Counted from the stretch's first letter, positions 8,879 to 19,807 are shown. The stretch is 64,000 bases of DNA from Bacilli bacterium (GCA_017936845.1 JAGBES010000018.1:92-64091); one strand, 5' to 3'. The notes: generated from the letters alone by a model not told the origin. Made by a program: numbers and translations.

Positions 8879-10120
8879 CTAATCATTGAAAAAGTAACCA
8901 AATACTTTCCCTAACATTGTATCATTTATCACATTCATAATATTACTCTTATTATTTTTTTCTTCTAATTCATCTTCATCTATCATTGTATAATCAACAC
9001 TTTTTAATCTTAATTTATTTATAAAATAAACAATGTTTCCTATAACCGATGAGTATTTATTATTTCTAACCCCAAGTATTCTTATATTACCTATACTAGC
9101 AATATTTCCTAGAACTTCCTCGCATATTATATTAAAATTATCCATGCTACTAGTTCCACCAGTTATTATTATATAATCAACTTCACGTTTTGTCAAAAGA
9201 TTTATTTCTTTTCTTGCTAAAATAAGTATTTCTTCTATTCTTGACATAACAACTTCTGACAATTCAAATTGATTTATTTTTATTTTTTCTCCTAATTTAT
9301 TATTAACTTCATAATAATCACTTTTACTAGCATATCTTTTATGTGCTAAAGCAAATTTTTCTTTTATTCTTATAGAATCTGCATTATTAATTTTATAAAT
9401 ATATGATATATCATTATCTATATTTTGACTACCTAAATCAATTACTGAATTTTTAACCATTATTGATTTATTATATAAAGATACCTCTGTTTTATCATAT
9501 CCTATATTAATAACAGCTCCTATTCCTGATACGGTATCTTGATTTTTAAAAATATTAATATCTCCTATTCCATTTAATGAAATATCTACAACTTCAAGAC
9601 CCATACTTTCAAGAAGTGTAACAACTGAATAAACATTTTTTTTAGGTGTCGTAACAATAATTGTTCTAGCTGTTAATATTTTTCCTGTTTTCCCTTTTGG
9701 ATCCGTTACTATTTGTTCATCTACTCCAAAATCTATTGGCAAAATATTTACTACTTCATTATCATTTAAATCTGCATTTCGAACAGAATTTTCTAATACA
9801 CGAGCTATATCTTTTCCTAAAACACCAATGTCTTCATTTATATTAGTCTTACCAGTTGACATTTTAAATTCAGCATTAATACTTGGTATATTTGCTATAA
9901 CTTTTTTTACCCTTATACCTATCATTTCTTCTATTTCATTTAATGCTTTTTCTATGCTTTCTTTAGCAAGTTCAACATTATTTATTAAACCTTTTTTTAT
10001 TCCATTTGACTTAACTGATGAAGCAGCCAATAAATTAAGTTTATTATTAAATAGTTGACAAACTGCTATTTTTACCGAATCTGAACCTATATCAATACTA
10101 GTATAAATATGCTTCATCAA
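8879..10120 (-). CDS. ftsA: Cell division protein FtsA
   Basis: Actin-like ATPase N-terminus SIDIGSDSVKIAV and the ITGGTS motif. Positioned immediately upstream of ftsZ. Confidence 0.92.
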   Translation of the reverse strand: MMKHIYTSIDIGSDSVKIAVCQLFNNKLNLLAASSVKSNGIKKGLINNVELAKESIEKALNEIEEMIGIRVKKVIANIPSINAEFKMSTGKTNINEDIGVLGKDIARVLENSVRNADLNDNEVVNILPIDFGVDEQIVTDPKGKTGKILTARTIIVTTPKKNVYSVVTLLESMGLEVVDISLNGIGDINIFKNQDTVSGIGAVINIGYDKTEVSLYNKSIMVKNSVIDLGSQNIDNDISYIYKINNADSIRIKEKFALAHKRYASKSDYYEVNNKLGEKIKINQFELSEVVMSRIEEILILARKEINLLTKREVDYIIITGGTSSMDNFNIICEEVLGNIASIGNIRILGVRNNKYSSVIGNIVYFINKLRLKSVDYTMIDEDELEEKNNKSNIMNVINDTMLGKVFGYFFND

Positions 10121-10176
10121 ATCATCTCCTATAATCTAAATTCATTATACTATATTTTTTTTAAATTGCCAATAAT

Positions 10177-10908
10177 TTAGTCTTTAAATATTTCAAAGTA
10201 TTCACCAGCATCCAAATTTAAAATACCTTTTTTATTTCCAAATTTATTTATTATTTCTAAATTTATTTTTACATAATTATTTATATCTTCTAATTTTTCT
10301 AATGTTATATATACATAATTCCCATCATTCATTGTAAATAAGAATCTTTCTTCATCTACATTACTTGGTTCATATTTTATTTCAGATATTCTATCAATAA
10401 TACTTTTATCCACTAATTTTATTTTTTCTATTAGTTTATCATATACTTTATTTGGTACATAATTTATTAAAATTGGTCCATTTAATTCTTTATCTAACTC
10501 TCTTCCATCTAAAAGAATTGTTTTTTTTGTTTTTGAATTATAAAAAAGCACCGTATTTTCTTCTATTTTAATATATATTTCTTTAAATTTTCTTTTTTTT
10601 ACTGTTGCATTTTTTATATAATCATTTTTTTCAAGTTTTTTTTCTATTTCTTTACTTGAATATTTAAAAATTGAAGGATAATTTTCTATTTTAGCCATAT
10701 CTATTATTTCTTGATCACTTATATATGTATTTCCTTCAATAAAAATATTTTTAATAGGAAAATAACATATAAATTTTAACAAATAAAAGATAAGTATTAA
10801 TACAAGTAAAAATAAAAATATTCTTCCTAGTTTTAATTTTCTTTTCTTTTTTGTATTTTTTGAATATTTAATTTGTTTATTACTTTTTTTCTTTATTTTT
10901 TTTTTCAT
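10177..10908 (-). CDS. divIB: Cell division protein DivIB/FtsQ (POTRA domain)
   Basis: Lys-rich cytoplasmic tail, a single TM segment, and the POTRA-like IKNIFIEGNTYISDQEI. Conserved position between murB and ftsA. Confidence 0.75.
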   Translation of the reverse strand: MKKKIKKKSNKQIKYSKNTKKKRKLKLGRIFLFLLVLILIFYLLKFICYFPIKNIFIEGNTYISDQEIIDMAKIENYPSIFKYSSKEIEKKLEKNDYIKNATVKKRKFKEIYIKIEENTVLFYNSKTKKTILLDGRELDKELNGPILINYVPNKVYDKLIEKIKLVDKSIIDRISEIKYEPSNVDEERFLFTMNDGNYVYITLEKLEDINNYVKINLEIINKFGNKKGILNLDAGEYFEIFKD

Positions 10909-10944
10909 ATTATCCCTCTATATTATATAAATAAAGTATACAAT

Positions 10945-10970
10945 AAAAAAACTAGTTTTTCAACTAGTTT
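10945..10970. terminator. Bidirectional hairpin between murB and divIB, identical to 194..219
   Basis: The 26-mer AAAAAAACTAGTTTTTCAACTAGTTT matches 194..219 exactly. Confidence 0.5.
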
Positions 10971-10974
10971 GCTA

Positions 10975-11859
10975 TTACTTTACTATTTCTTGCTCTAATA
11001 ATAAATCAATATCATATTTTTCTTTTACAGCTTTTTTTATTTCATTTATTAATTTTACTATATCTTCTCCAGTTGCATTTTTCTCATTTACTATAAAATT
11101 AGCATGTTTTTCACTTACTTTAGCACCACCTATTTTTTTACCCTTATATCCTACTTCTTCTATTAATTTTCCTGCATAATTATTTTCTGGATTTCTAAAT
11201 ACACTTCCTGCACTTGGAAAATCTAAAGGTTGTGACATCAATCTTCGCATTTTTCTATCTTCTATTACATTCATTATTTCTTCTTTATTACCATGTTTTA
11301 ATATGATAGTAGCATCTAAACATATATAATCTTTACTTTCTTTTAAAAATGAAGTTCGATAATGAAAATTTAATTCTTTATTATATAATTTTTTTATTTC
11401 TAATTCAGGTGTCAATACAGTTATAGATTCAACTATATATCCCATATCACTTTTATAAGCTCCAGCATTATTAAAAATTGCTCCTCCAACTGTTCCTGGA
11501 ATTCCTGTAGCAAATTCCATTCCTGTAAGACCTAATTTGCTAACTTTTAGAGCTAATTTTATTAAATTATATCCTGCTCCTACTTTTATTTTAGTATCTT
11601 TTATTTCTAATTTATCAAAACTATCTAATTTTATTAATACACCTTTGTAATCTTCTTTGAAGATTAAATTAGCTCCTCCACCTATTATTTTATATTTTAT
11701 ATTTTTTTCTTTTAAATAACTTAGCATTTTTATTAATTCTTCTATATCATTTGGATAAACTACATAATCAGCTTTATAGTTTATTTTATATGTTGTATAT
11801 TTAACCAAATTAGCATTTTCAATTACTTTTCCACATTTCAATTTTTTTAACTTATCCAT
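10975..11859 (-). CDS. murB: UDP-N-acetylenolpyruvoylglucosamine reductase
   Basis: FAD-binding GGGANLIF, the PSAGSVFRNP motif, and dcw-cluster context. Confidence 0.92.
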   Translation of the reverse strand: MDKLKKLKCGKVIENANLVKYTTYKINYKADYVVYPNDIEELIKMLSYLKEKNIKYKIIGGGANLIFKEDYKGVLIKLDSFDKLEIKDTKIKVGAGYNLIKLALKVSKLGLTGMEFATGIPGTVGGAIFNNAGAYKSDMGYIVESITVLTPELEIKKLYNKELNFHYRTSFLKESKDYICLDATIILKHGNKEEIMNVIEDRKMRRLMSQPLDFPSAGSVFRNPENNYAGKLIEEVGYKGKKIGGAKVSEKHANFIVNEKNATGEDIVKLINEIKKAVKEKYDIDLLLEQEIVK

Positions 11860-11860
11860 A

Positions 11861-12943
11861 TTACTTCCTATCTACAAGACATTTAAGCTCGTTATATATT
11901 TTTGTAGCACTATTAAGTGTACTAAGTGATTCTAAATTTTTTTTCATATCTTTTAACTCATCTTCATTATCTATTAAATTATCAATAGTTCTAATTAAAA
12001 TATCACCTTTTAAATCTTTTTCTTCTATCATTAATGCAGCATTCTTATTTATTAAATCCATAGCATTTTTATATTGATGATTCTCTGCTACATAAGGACT
12101 TGGTATTAATATACTTGGTACTTTTAAAGCTATTATTTCACTTAATGTTGAAGCTCCTGCTCTTGATACAATAACATCTGTTTTTTTCATTATTCTTGTC
12201 ATATTTTCTATATAAGGTACAACATGTACATTACTAGGAAATTTATTTTTAATTACATCATCATATGAAGCTCTTCCTGTTACAAATAGTATTTCATATT
12301 TTTTATTGTTAAACAAAGTCATAGTTTTTATTAAAAAATCATTTATTTTTGATGATCCTAAAGATCCCATTACGAATAAAACTAGTTTTTTATCTTCACT
12401 TAAATTAAATTCTGACTTCTTAGCTGGTTCTACTTTTAAAGCATTTTCACTGCATGGATTTCCTGTAAATACTGTTTTATATTCTGGAAAATATTTGATT
12501 GATGATTTAAAAGATACGGCTATTTTATCAGCAAATTTACTTAAAAAATTATTGGCTTTTCCAGGAAAACTATTTTGTTCATGTATAAATGTTTTATATC
12601 CTAACTTATGTGCTGAATATAAAACTGGTCCTGTCACATATCCACCAACACCTATTACAACATCAGGATTAAAATCTCTAATTAATTTTTTACACTTTTT
12701 TATACTTTTAAAAAAACACTTTATCGTTTTAATATTTTTAGTTATTTTCTTTCTATCAAATCCATATATTTCAATTGTTTCAAATGGAATATTATAATTT
12801 GGAATTATATCTTTTTCCATTCTATTATGTGTACCAATATACAAAAATTCACTATTTGGTTCTTTTTCTTCTATTTTATTTATAATACTTAAAGCTGGAT
12901 ATATATGTCCACCTGATCCACCAGCACTTATAACAACTCTCAT
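11861..12943 (-). CDS. murG: Undecaprenyl-PP-MurNAc-pentapeptide UDP-GlcNAc transferase
   Basis: N-terminal ISAGGSGGHIYPAL and C-terminal SRAGASTLSEI. The likely start is MRVVISAGG at 12943, preceded by AAGGTGA. The ORF track extends to 13024. Confidence 0.92.
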   Translation of the reverse strand: MRVVISAGGSGGHIYPALSIINKIEEKEPNSEFLYIGTHNRMEKDIIPNYNIPFETIEIYGFDRKKITKNIKTIKCFFKSIKKCKKLIRDFNPDVVIGVGGYVTGPVLYSAHKLGYKTFIHEQNSFPGKANNFLSKFADKIAVSFKSSIKYFPEYKTVFTGNPCSENALKVEPAKKSEFNLSEDKKLVLFVMGSLGSSKINDFLIKTMTLFNNKKYEILFVTGRASYDDVIKNKFPSNVHVVPYIENMTRIMKKTDVIVSRAGASTLSEIIALKVPSILIPSPYVAENHQYKNAMDLINKNAALMIEEKDLKGDILIRTIDNLIDNEDELKDMKKNLESLSTLNSATKIYNELKCLVDRK

Positions 12944-13135
12944 ATCTATCACCTTTACTATTATACCATAATCATATTCAAATTCAATCTTTAAAAGAAC
13001 AACAAAAAAGGAAAACCATAACACTATAGTTTTCCATGTATTATAAAATAATACATTATATTATATGTTATTAACTATAAATTATTGATTATTTTTAATA
13101 ATCATGCTAATATATTTATTATAGGAGATGGTAAG

Positions 13136-13807
13136 ATGAATCCAAAATATAAAGTTATGATACCTAATATTCTTACTTTATCTAGACTAGTTTTTACACC
13201 AATAATTATTATATTAGGATTAACTAAAAATTATAAAGCTGCTTTAATTCTAGTTATAATTGCCTCTATAACTGATTTATTTGATGGCAAATTAGCAAGA
13301 AAATGGAATACTACTACTAATTATGGTGCTAGGTTAGATGCTTTATGTGATAAGATTTTTGCAATTGGTTTAATAGCTTGTTTATTAAGTAAATTTAAAA
13401 TTTTTATTCCTTTATTAATATTAGAATGTATTATTGGTTTATTTAATTTATACGCATATTCTAAAACAAAAAAAGCTGAATCATTAATGATAGGAAAAAT
13501 TAAAACAACATTTTTATTTATAACTGTTTCAATAGGTTTTTCTTCTTTATTTTTAAACTGGTTTAATTCCATCATAAATGGATTTATATTGGTGACATTA
13601 AATATCCAAGTTTTAACTTTTATAAGTTATATTATTAAATTCTATGATAATTATAAAAATAAAGAAGTTGAACAAGCCATTATTCAAGATAGAGATGATA
13701 CAAGAACTAAAATATATGATATAGAAGAAAAAAAAGAACCAAAAGAATTTAGTTCTGATACAAAGGTATTGAATCATATTAAAGATATTTTTTTAGATGA
13801 GGATTAA
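13136..13807 (+). CDS. pgsA: CDP-alcohol phosphatidyltransferase (PgsA-like)
   Basis: Family motif D-x2-DG-x2-AR-x8-G-x3-D-x3-D, seen as DLFDGKLARKWNTTTNYGARLDALCDK. Multiple TM segments. AGGAGA precedes the ATG at 13136. Confidence 0.8.
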   Translation: MNPKYKVMIPNILTLSRLVFTPIIIILGLTKNYKAALILVIIASITDLFDGKLARKWNTTTNYGARLDALCDKIFAIGLIACLLSKFKIFIPLLILECIIGLFNLYAYSKTKKAESLMIGKIKTTFLFITVSIGFSSLFLNWFNSIINGFILVTLNIQVLTFISYIIKFYDNYKNKEVEQAIIQDRDDTRTKIYDIEEKKEPKEFSSDTKVLNHIKDIFLDED

Positions 13808-14496
13808 TCTTCATCTTTTATTTTTTCTATCAATTCTTCTAAAGTATTAATCTCTTTTTTTATTTTTTTCTTTATTTCTTCTTTTGAACATGACATACAA
13901 TATCCATCATACTTTAATAACATTGATAAATCATTTATAGAATCTCCTACTGTTATTACATTCTTTCTATCTATTTTTAAATTATTTATTAAATATTTTA
14001 TAGCTTGATCTTTAGTAGCTTTTACAGATTTAATATTAACCCAATTATCACTTAAATATCCTGTTACATTAGGATATTTTTCTAATATTTTAATTAATAA
14101 TTTATAAGCTTTATTATAATCATTATAAGTTCCTATTATACCATTAGCTTGACTATTTAAATCATCTGTAAAATAAGTACTCGTATCTATATAACAATTA
14201 TTTATTGACCTATCTTCCTTTAATAAATAGTATATATCTTTAACAACATCTTCTTCTATATTAACTTTATATATTTCTTTTTTATTTTTATTATAAATAG
14301 TACCACCATCATTACATATTAAGTAATCATATTTAATGTTATAATCTTTAATATCTGGTAATAATTGTTTTAAACTTCTACCTGTTATAATAACAAATTT
14401 ATTACCTAATTCTACAAATTTATTTATAGCTTTTATATTATTTAAATAATTTAAATCATATAGTGTTTTATCAAAATCACTGAATATTATTTTCAT
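13804..14496 (-). CDS. Cof-type HAD-IIB family phosphatase
   Basis: Motif I FSDFDKTLY, motif IV GDSINDLSM, and the size of the cap region. Confidence 0.8.
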   Translation of the reverse strand: MKIIFSDFDKTLYDLNYLNNIKAINKFVELGNKFVIITGRSLKQLLPDIKDYNIKYDYLICNDGGTIYNKNKKEIYKVNIEEDVVKDIYYLLKEDRSINNCYIDTSTYFTDDLNSQANGIIGTYNDYNKAYKLLIKILEKYPNVTGYLSDNWVNIKSVKATKDQAIKYLINNLKIDRKNVITVGDSINDLSMLLKYDGYCMSCSKEEIKKKIKKEINTLEELIEKIKDED

Positions 14497-14504
14497 AATT
14501 ACCT

Positions 14505-15215
14505 CTAAAAAATGTTTGTTTGATTTCGTCCATTTTTCTTTCCTTTATATAATGCCTCATCTGCTTTAGCAATCAATTCTTCTATATTTTCTTTATTATA
14601 TTCTGTTATTCCAAATGTCATTGTAACATAAAATTCTTTTATACAATCATTATACTTTACTCTTATTTTTGTTTTTTCTATTCTTTTTCTAACTTTTTCT
14701 ATTATATTAAAACATTCTTTAGAATCTACATTAGGAATAATTATAATGAATTCTTCTCCACCATATCTTCCTACTATACCATCGATATTATTTTTAAGAA
14801 TACTGCTTATTCCTTTTAAAACATAATCTCCTACTAAATGACCATATTGATCATTTATTTTTTTAAAAAAGTCTATATCACACATTACAATTGAATATTT
14901 TTTATCTTTTAGTTCATCTATCTTTTCAAAAATAGCATATCTATTATATAAATCTGTTAAACAATCTTTTTTTAATTTTTCTATTTCTTTTTCATATATA
15001 CTTATATCTTCATATACTTCTAAATCATAGTTATTAATTTTTCTATAAGTTACTTTATATACTTTATTTTTATAAATTACTTTATTATCCTTATTATTAT
15101 TTATATTATTTAATTCTAAAGATAATAAATCATTATTATAAATAACTTTATTGCCATCTTTTATAATTATAGATGAATTAATATTTTCTAAAATCAATTT
15201 ATATAAATTATCCAT
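14505..15215 (-). CDS. GGDEF-domain diguanylate cyclase
   Basis: Active site GGEEF, MCDIDFFKKINDQYGH, and the C-terminal ADEALYKGKKNGRN. Confidence 0.85.
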   Translation of the reverse strand: MDNLYKLILENINSSIIIKDGNKVIYNNDLLSLELNNINNNKDNKVIYKNKVYKVTYRKINNYDLEVYEDISIYEKEIEKLKKDCLTDLYNRYAIFEKIDELKDKKYSIVMCDIDFFKKINDQYGHLVGDYVLKGISSILKNNIDGIVGRYGGEEFIIIIPNVDSKECFNIIEKVRKRIEKTKIRVKYNDCIKEFYVTMTFGITEYNKENIEELIAKADEALYKGKKNGRNQTNIF

Positions 15216-15337
15216 TTTATATACCTCTCTACTATAATTTTAGTATATGTTTTTACATTAAATTTGTCAACATAAAGTGTCATAATTGAAATATATTTTT
15301 TTGTATGATATAATTACATTACAATATGGAGGTATTT

Positions 15338-16516
15338 ATGAAAAAAAGTATTATATCATTTTTTATTGCTATTTTTATAACAACATTTTTATTTATTCCA
15401 AATATTAATGCAAAAACACTAAAGACATTAAGAGAAGAACTTGCTAAAGAAAAAGAGGAATTAAATAATAAACAAAATGAACAAAAATTAACAGAATCAC
15501 AAATGACAAATATCAGTAGTAATATTCAAAATATTCAAAATACTATTACAGAAAATTATAAAAAAATTGATGCTTTGAATAATGAAATAGATGAATTAAA
15601 TAAAGAAATTGAATTAAAAAAAGAAGAAATAAAAAAAATAATTAATTTTGCTCAAATTTCTGATGGTGATTCTGCTTATCTTGAATATATGTTTGGAGCA
15701 GCTGATTTTACTGATTTTATTTATAGAACAGCAATTTCAGAACAATTATCTTCGTATAATGATCAATTAATAAAAGAATATGATCAAAAAATAACTGATA
15801 ATAAAAAGAAAACTGAAGAACTTGCTAAAGAAAAAATTGAGCTTGATAAAAAACAAAAAAGTTTAGAAAGTCAATATAATGATTTAGGTAGTAATTTAAT
15901 GAAAATTGCTGATACACAAGTAGATTTAAAAGATGCAATTAAACAGCAAGAACAATTAATTAAAGATTATGAAAAAATGGGTTGTTATGAAAATGAAGAA
16001 TTAGAAACATGTTTAAATAGATTAAACAGTTTACCTCCTGATACTAAATTTTGGAGACCTCTAAATTCAGCAAAAATTACAAGTAGATATGGTTGGAGAC
16101 CTTCAATTGGTGATAATCATCAAGGAATAGATATGTCTGCTTCGATTGGAACACCAGTTTATTCTATTGCTAATGGTGTTGTAATTAGTACATATGCTGT
16201 TGGTGGAACTGGTAAGGCTATATATATAAATCATACTGTTAATGGAAAAAAATATACAAGTATTTATATGCATCTTAGTAGATATAATGTTAAAGTTGGA
16301 GATGTTGTAACCAAAGATACAATAATCGGATATTCTGGTAATACAGGATATAGTACTGGACCTCATTTACATTTAGGTGTATTAACAGGACATGCTGGTA
16401 AAGATTACGGTTTATGGAGTTTAACTTTTTATTCAAAATTTATAGATCCTGCTTCAGTAATTAATTTCCCTAGTGGATATAAATCTTTTAGTAATAGAAC
16501 AAGTTACTATAAATAA
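15338..16516 (+). CDS. Secreted coiled-coil M23 family metallopeptidase
   Basis: Signal peptide, a long coiled coil, and the M23 motifs HQGIDM and GPHLHLGV. Confidence 0.85.
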   Translation: MKKSIISFFIAIFITTFLFIPNINAKTLKTLREELAKEKEELNNKQNEQKLTESQMTNISSNIQNIQNTITENYKKIDALNNEIDELNKEIELKKEEIKKIINFAQISDGDSAYLEYMFGAADFTDFIYRTAISEQLSSYNDQLIKEYDQKITDNKKKTEELAKEKIELDKKQKSLESQYNDLGSNLMKIADTQVDLKDAIKQQEQLIKDYEKMGCYENEELETCLNRLNSLPPDTKFWRPLNSAKITSRYGWRPSIGDNHQGIDMSASIGTPVYSIANGVVISTYAVGGTGKAIYINHTVNGKKYTSIYMHLSRYNVKVGDVVTKDTIIGYSGNTGYSTGPHLHLGVLTGHAGKDYGLWSLTFYSKFIDPASVINFPSGYKSFSNRTSYYK

Positions 16517-16542
16517 AAAAATGTATTAATTGATACATTTTT

Positions 16543-17619
16543 TTATTTTACTACATAAGGTTCTGACTCAGTTCCTTTTCCATCAATTTGAGTATTTAAA
16601 TTTAAATATAGAACAGGATAAACATTATATAAATCTGTAGTAGAAGCTTCCTTATTTAACAATTTTCCATTGTTGATATACCATTGTTTATTATCATTTG
16701 TTTTATTTAATAACCAATATACTTTACTATTATTTAAATATGAAGTACATTCATTTTCTTTATAACAATCTTTATTTAATGAAGCATCAATATATTCACC
16801 TACTGTTAACAATCCTATTGTTTTATAATCATTACTTTGTTTTTCAAGAGAAATAATAGATAATGATGAATCTAATGAATCAATATTTCCTTTATTCCAT
16901 TTTGAATTTGTATTAATATAATCTTTTACATCTTTATATGTAGTACCTTCTAAAAAATCATTATTTAAATAATCAATTATTCCTTTTTCTGGCCAATTAA
17001 TTTGTGATCCATCTAAATTAATTATTTTAGCTCTTTTAGTTTCTTTATCAATACTTACTATACGCCATATTTTATTATTAAATTTTATATAATTCTTTGG
17101 ATTAGAACCTTTATATACATAACTATCCGTTGTTTCATATAATCCATCATCTTTATTTATCACTTTTAATTCTTCATTATCTAAAACTGTTTTATAAATT
17201 GGTGTTACTATGTTACTAGAACATAAATCGGTATAAACATATTCATATTGATTGTTTTCAAAATTAAATTTTACTCTTACTACACCTTTACTATTTCCAT
17301 TACTTCCAATAGCTGCCATATCTTCTTTTGTTTTAGGATTAATTATTTTACCAGAATCCAAAAAACCTTTTGATTGAAGTGTAGAAATATAAACACATAT
17401 AGTATTAATATGATCACTATCTATTTTTCCATTGTTTTCAAGCATGTATTTTTTTGCAGCATCTATTATATTGTTTTTTTGAGTTTCATATAATTTTTCT
17501 TCTGAATTCTTTATTCTATTATTTACTGCTTGAAATGAAATAGTTGCAATTATAGCTATAATAACTATAACAGCAATTAATTCTACTAATGTAAATCCTT
17601 TTTTATTCATCTTTATCAC
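16543..17619 (-). CDS. Prepilin-type N-terminal cleavage/methylation domain protein (358 aa pilin-like protein)
   Basis: N-terminus M(IKM)NKKG|FTLVELIAVIVIIAIIATISF. The start codons at 17619/17610 overlap the stop of the upstream PBP gene (17603). Confidence 0.75.
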   Translation of the reverse strand: MIKMNKKGFTLVELIAVIVIIAIIATISFQAVNNRIKNSEEKLYETQKNNIIDAAKKYMLENNGKIDSDHINTICVYISTLQSKGFLDSGKIINPKTKEDMAAIGSNGNSKGVVRVKFNFENNQYEYVYTDLCSSNIVTPIYKTVLDNEELKVINKDDGLYETTDSYVYKGSNPKNYIKFNNKIWRIVSIDKETKRAKIINLDGSQINWPEKGIIDYLNNDFLEGTTYKDVKDYINTNSKWNKGNIDSLDSSLSIISLEKQSNDYKTIGLLTVGEYIDASLNKDCYKENECTSYLNNSKVYWLLNKTNDNKQWYINNGKLLNKEASTTDLYNVYPVLYLNLNTQIDGKGTESEPYVVK

Positions 17620-19792
17620 TATCCTTATCTTCAGTATATCTTGATTCTAATTTTAATATAATTTCTTTTTCTTTATCTATTTTTGAACCACTTTCTATAT
17701 TTTGTTCAACTACATAACCATATCCTTCAAATTTATATTTTAATCCTAATAAATCTAAAACTATTTTGGCTTCTGATCTTCCAAAACCTTCTAAATTAGG
17801 CATTTTTATATCATTATCATTTGTAACAATTACTACTCTATCGTTACTTGTTATTTCTGTATTAACACTAGGATATTGTTTTATTATTTTTTCTCCATCT
17901 CCTAATTTTAATACTTTTATTTCTTTTTCTTCTAATTCTTTTATTACATCATCTGTATTTTTATTTAGATATGAAGGTATCTTATATTCTTTTTTTTCTT
18001 CTTTTATTTCTACTTCTACATTTTTATATTTAGATATACTTATTATAATATCTTTTATAGCATTAGATAGTCCTTTTGAAGTATTATAATTTGGTTTTTT
18101 AGTAATACCATATATTATATATTCAGGATTATCTTTTGGATACATACCAGCAAATGAATATATATATTTATCCTTTAAATATCTTCCATTTTCTGATATT
18201 TCAGCAGTTCCTGTTTTACCAATAATTTCAAATCCATCTATTTTATATGATTTTCCGGTTGTCCAACTATCAGTACCATTTACAACATTATACATTAAAT
18301 CTTTCATTTTTTCTATTGTTTTTTCTTTTACTAATTGTTCTGACTCTTCTTTTTGACTTTCATAATATATTTTATTAGTATTAGGATCTACAATTTTATC
18401 AACTATATGTGGCTTTAACATTTTTCCATTATTAGCAATAATAGTTAATGCTTGTAATTGTTGCATAGCTGTTGAAGATATACCTTGTCCAAAACCAGCA
18501 GTTGCTACTTCAATAGGATAATTAAAATTAATATTACCAGCTTGTTCTCTTGTAAGTTCTATACCAGTAACTTTACCAAATCCATATTTTTTATAGCACT
18601 CTCTTAATTGATTTTTATTTAAATTTTTATTTAAAATATTAGCAATTCCAACATTACTTGAATATTCAAATCCCTTATCGAAACTTATTGTTCCCCATCC
18701 AGTTGTATTCCAGTCTTTTATTATATCATTACCTATTTTATAACTTCCTGATTTAAATGTTACATCTCCATCATATACACCATTTTCTATAGCACACATA
18801 TATGTATATATTTTCATTGTTGATCCAGGCTCGTACGTATATGTAACTAATGGATTCTCATAGTTTTTTATATCTCTTATATTAGGATCAAATGATGGTG
18901 TAGATGAAGTTGCTAATATATCTCCTGTTTTAGCATCCATAACAGTTATCATCATCATTTCAGAATTATATTCTTTAATTGCATCTGTTATAGCACTTTC
19001 TACAAATCTTTGAATATTAGAATCCAATGTTAAATAAATATCATATCCATCTTCTGCTTTTTTATTTATTTCTTTTGTACCTGTTATTTTATATCCATAA
19101 CGATCTTGTTGATATTCTAAATACCCATCTTTTCCCTTTAATAAATCATTATATTCAGATTCTATTCCAAGTTCCCCCGTTATTTCTATTTTAGTTACTT
19201 TATCTCCATTATCATCTTTATAAGTTACTTCTTTATCTTTAGCATACCCAATTATATAAGAAGCAAAATTACCATTTGGATAATATCTTTTTTTAGTTTC
19301 TATAAAGCTTATTCCAGGAAGTTCTAATGCTTCTATTTGTTCTTTTACTAATTCTGTTATACCCTTTCCTACTGTACCAAATTCAATTTGTTTTTTATTA
19401 TTTTCTTTTCCTCTTTCTATTATTTTAACAAAATATTCTTTGTCTTTTCCTAAAACACTAGATAGTTTTTCAGCAGTTAAATCTATATCTTTTACATGAA
19501 GTGGTATACTTGAATTTTTACTTCTATTCTCATCTAAATAAGCTATTAATGTGTATGAACTTACATTAAGAGCTAAAGCTTCTCCATCTTTATCATAAAT
19601 TGTTCCACGATTTGCTTTTAAAGTTTGTTTTACTGTATTTCTACTTGCAGCAAATGATGTCATATTTTTTCCATATATTTTTTTAGAAAGTGATAAATAT
19701 ACAAGTTGAATATAAAGTAATATAAGAAAAAAAGAAAAGACTTTGAAAACAACTTTTGGTATGTTCCATTTATTTATCTTTTCTTTTTTCAT
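17603..19792 (-). CDS. Class B penicillin-binding protein (PBP2B/SpoVD-type transpeptidase with C-terminal PASTA domains)
   Basis: Transpeptidase motifs STMK (in EPGSTMKIY), SSN and KTGTA. Two PASTA-like repeats at the C-terminus. Follows ftsL. Confidence 0.92.
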   Translation of the reverse strand: MKKEKINKWNIPKVVFKVFSFFLILLYIQLVYLSLSKKIYGKNMTSFAASRNTVKQTLKANRGTIYDKDGEALALNVSSYTLIAYLDENRSKNSSIPLHVKDIDLTAEKLSSVLGKDKEYFVKIIERGKENNKKQIEFGTVGKGITELVKEQIEALELPGISFIETKKRYYPNGNFASYIIGYAKDKEVTYKDDNGDKVTKIEITGELGIESEYNDLLKGKDGYLEYQQDRYGYKITGTKEINKKAEDGYDIYLTLDSNIQRFVESAITDAIKEYNSEMMMITVMDAKTGDILATSSTPSFDPNIRDIKNYENPLVTYTYEPGSTMKIYTYMCAIENGVYDGDVTFKSGSYKIGNDIIKDWNTTGWGTISFDKGFEYSSNVGIANILNKNLNKNQLRECYKKYGFGKVTGIELTREQAGNINFNYPIEVATAGFGQGISSTAMQQLQALTIIANNGKMLKPHIVDKIVDPNTNKIYYESQKEESEQLVKEKTIEKMKDLMYNVVNGTDSWTTGKSYKIDGFEIIGKTGTAEISENGRYLKDKYIYSFAGMYPKDNPEYIIYGITKKPNYNTSKGLSNAIKDIIISISKYKNVEVEIKEEKKEYKIPSYLNKNTDDVIKELEEKEIKVLKLGDGEKIIKQYPSVNTEITSNDRVVIVTNDNDIKMPNLEGFGRSEAKIVLDLLGLKYKFEGYGYVVEQNIESGSKIDKEKEIILKLESRYTEDKDSDKDE

Positions 19793-19807
19793 TTTTACAC
19801 TTCCTAT

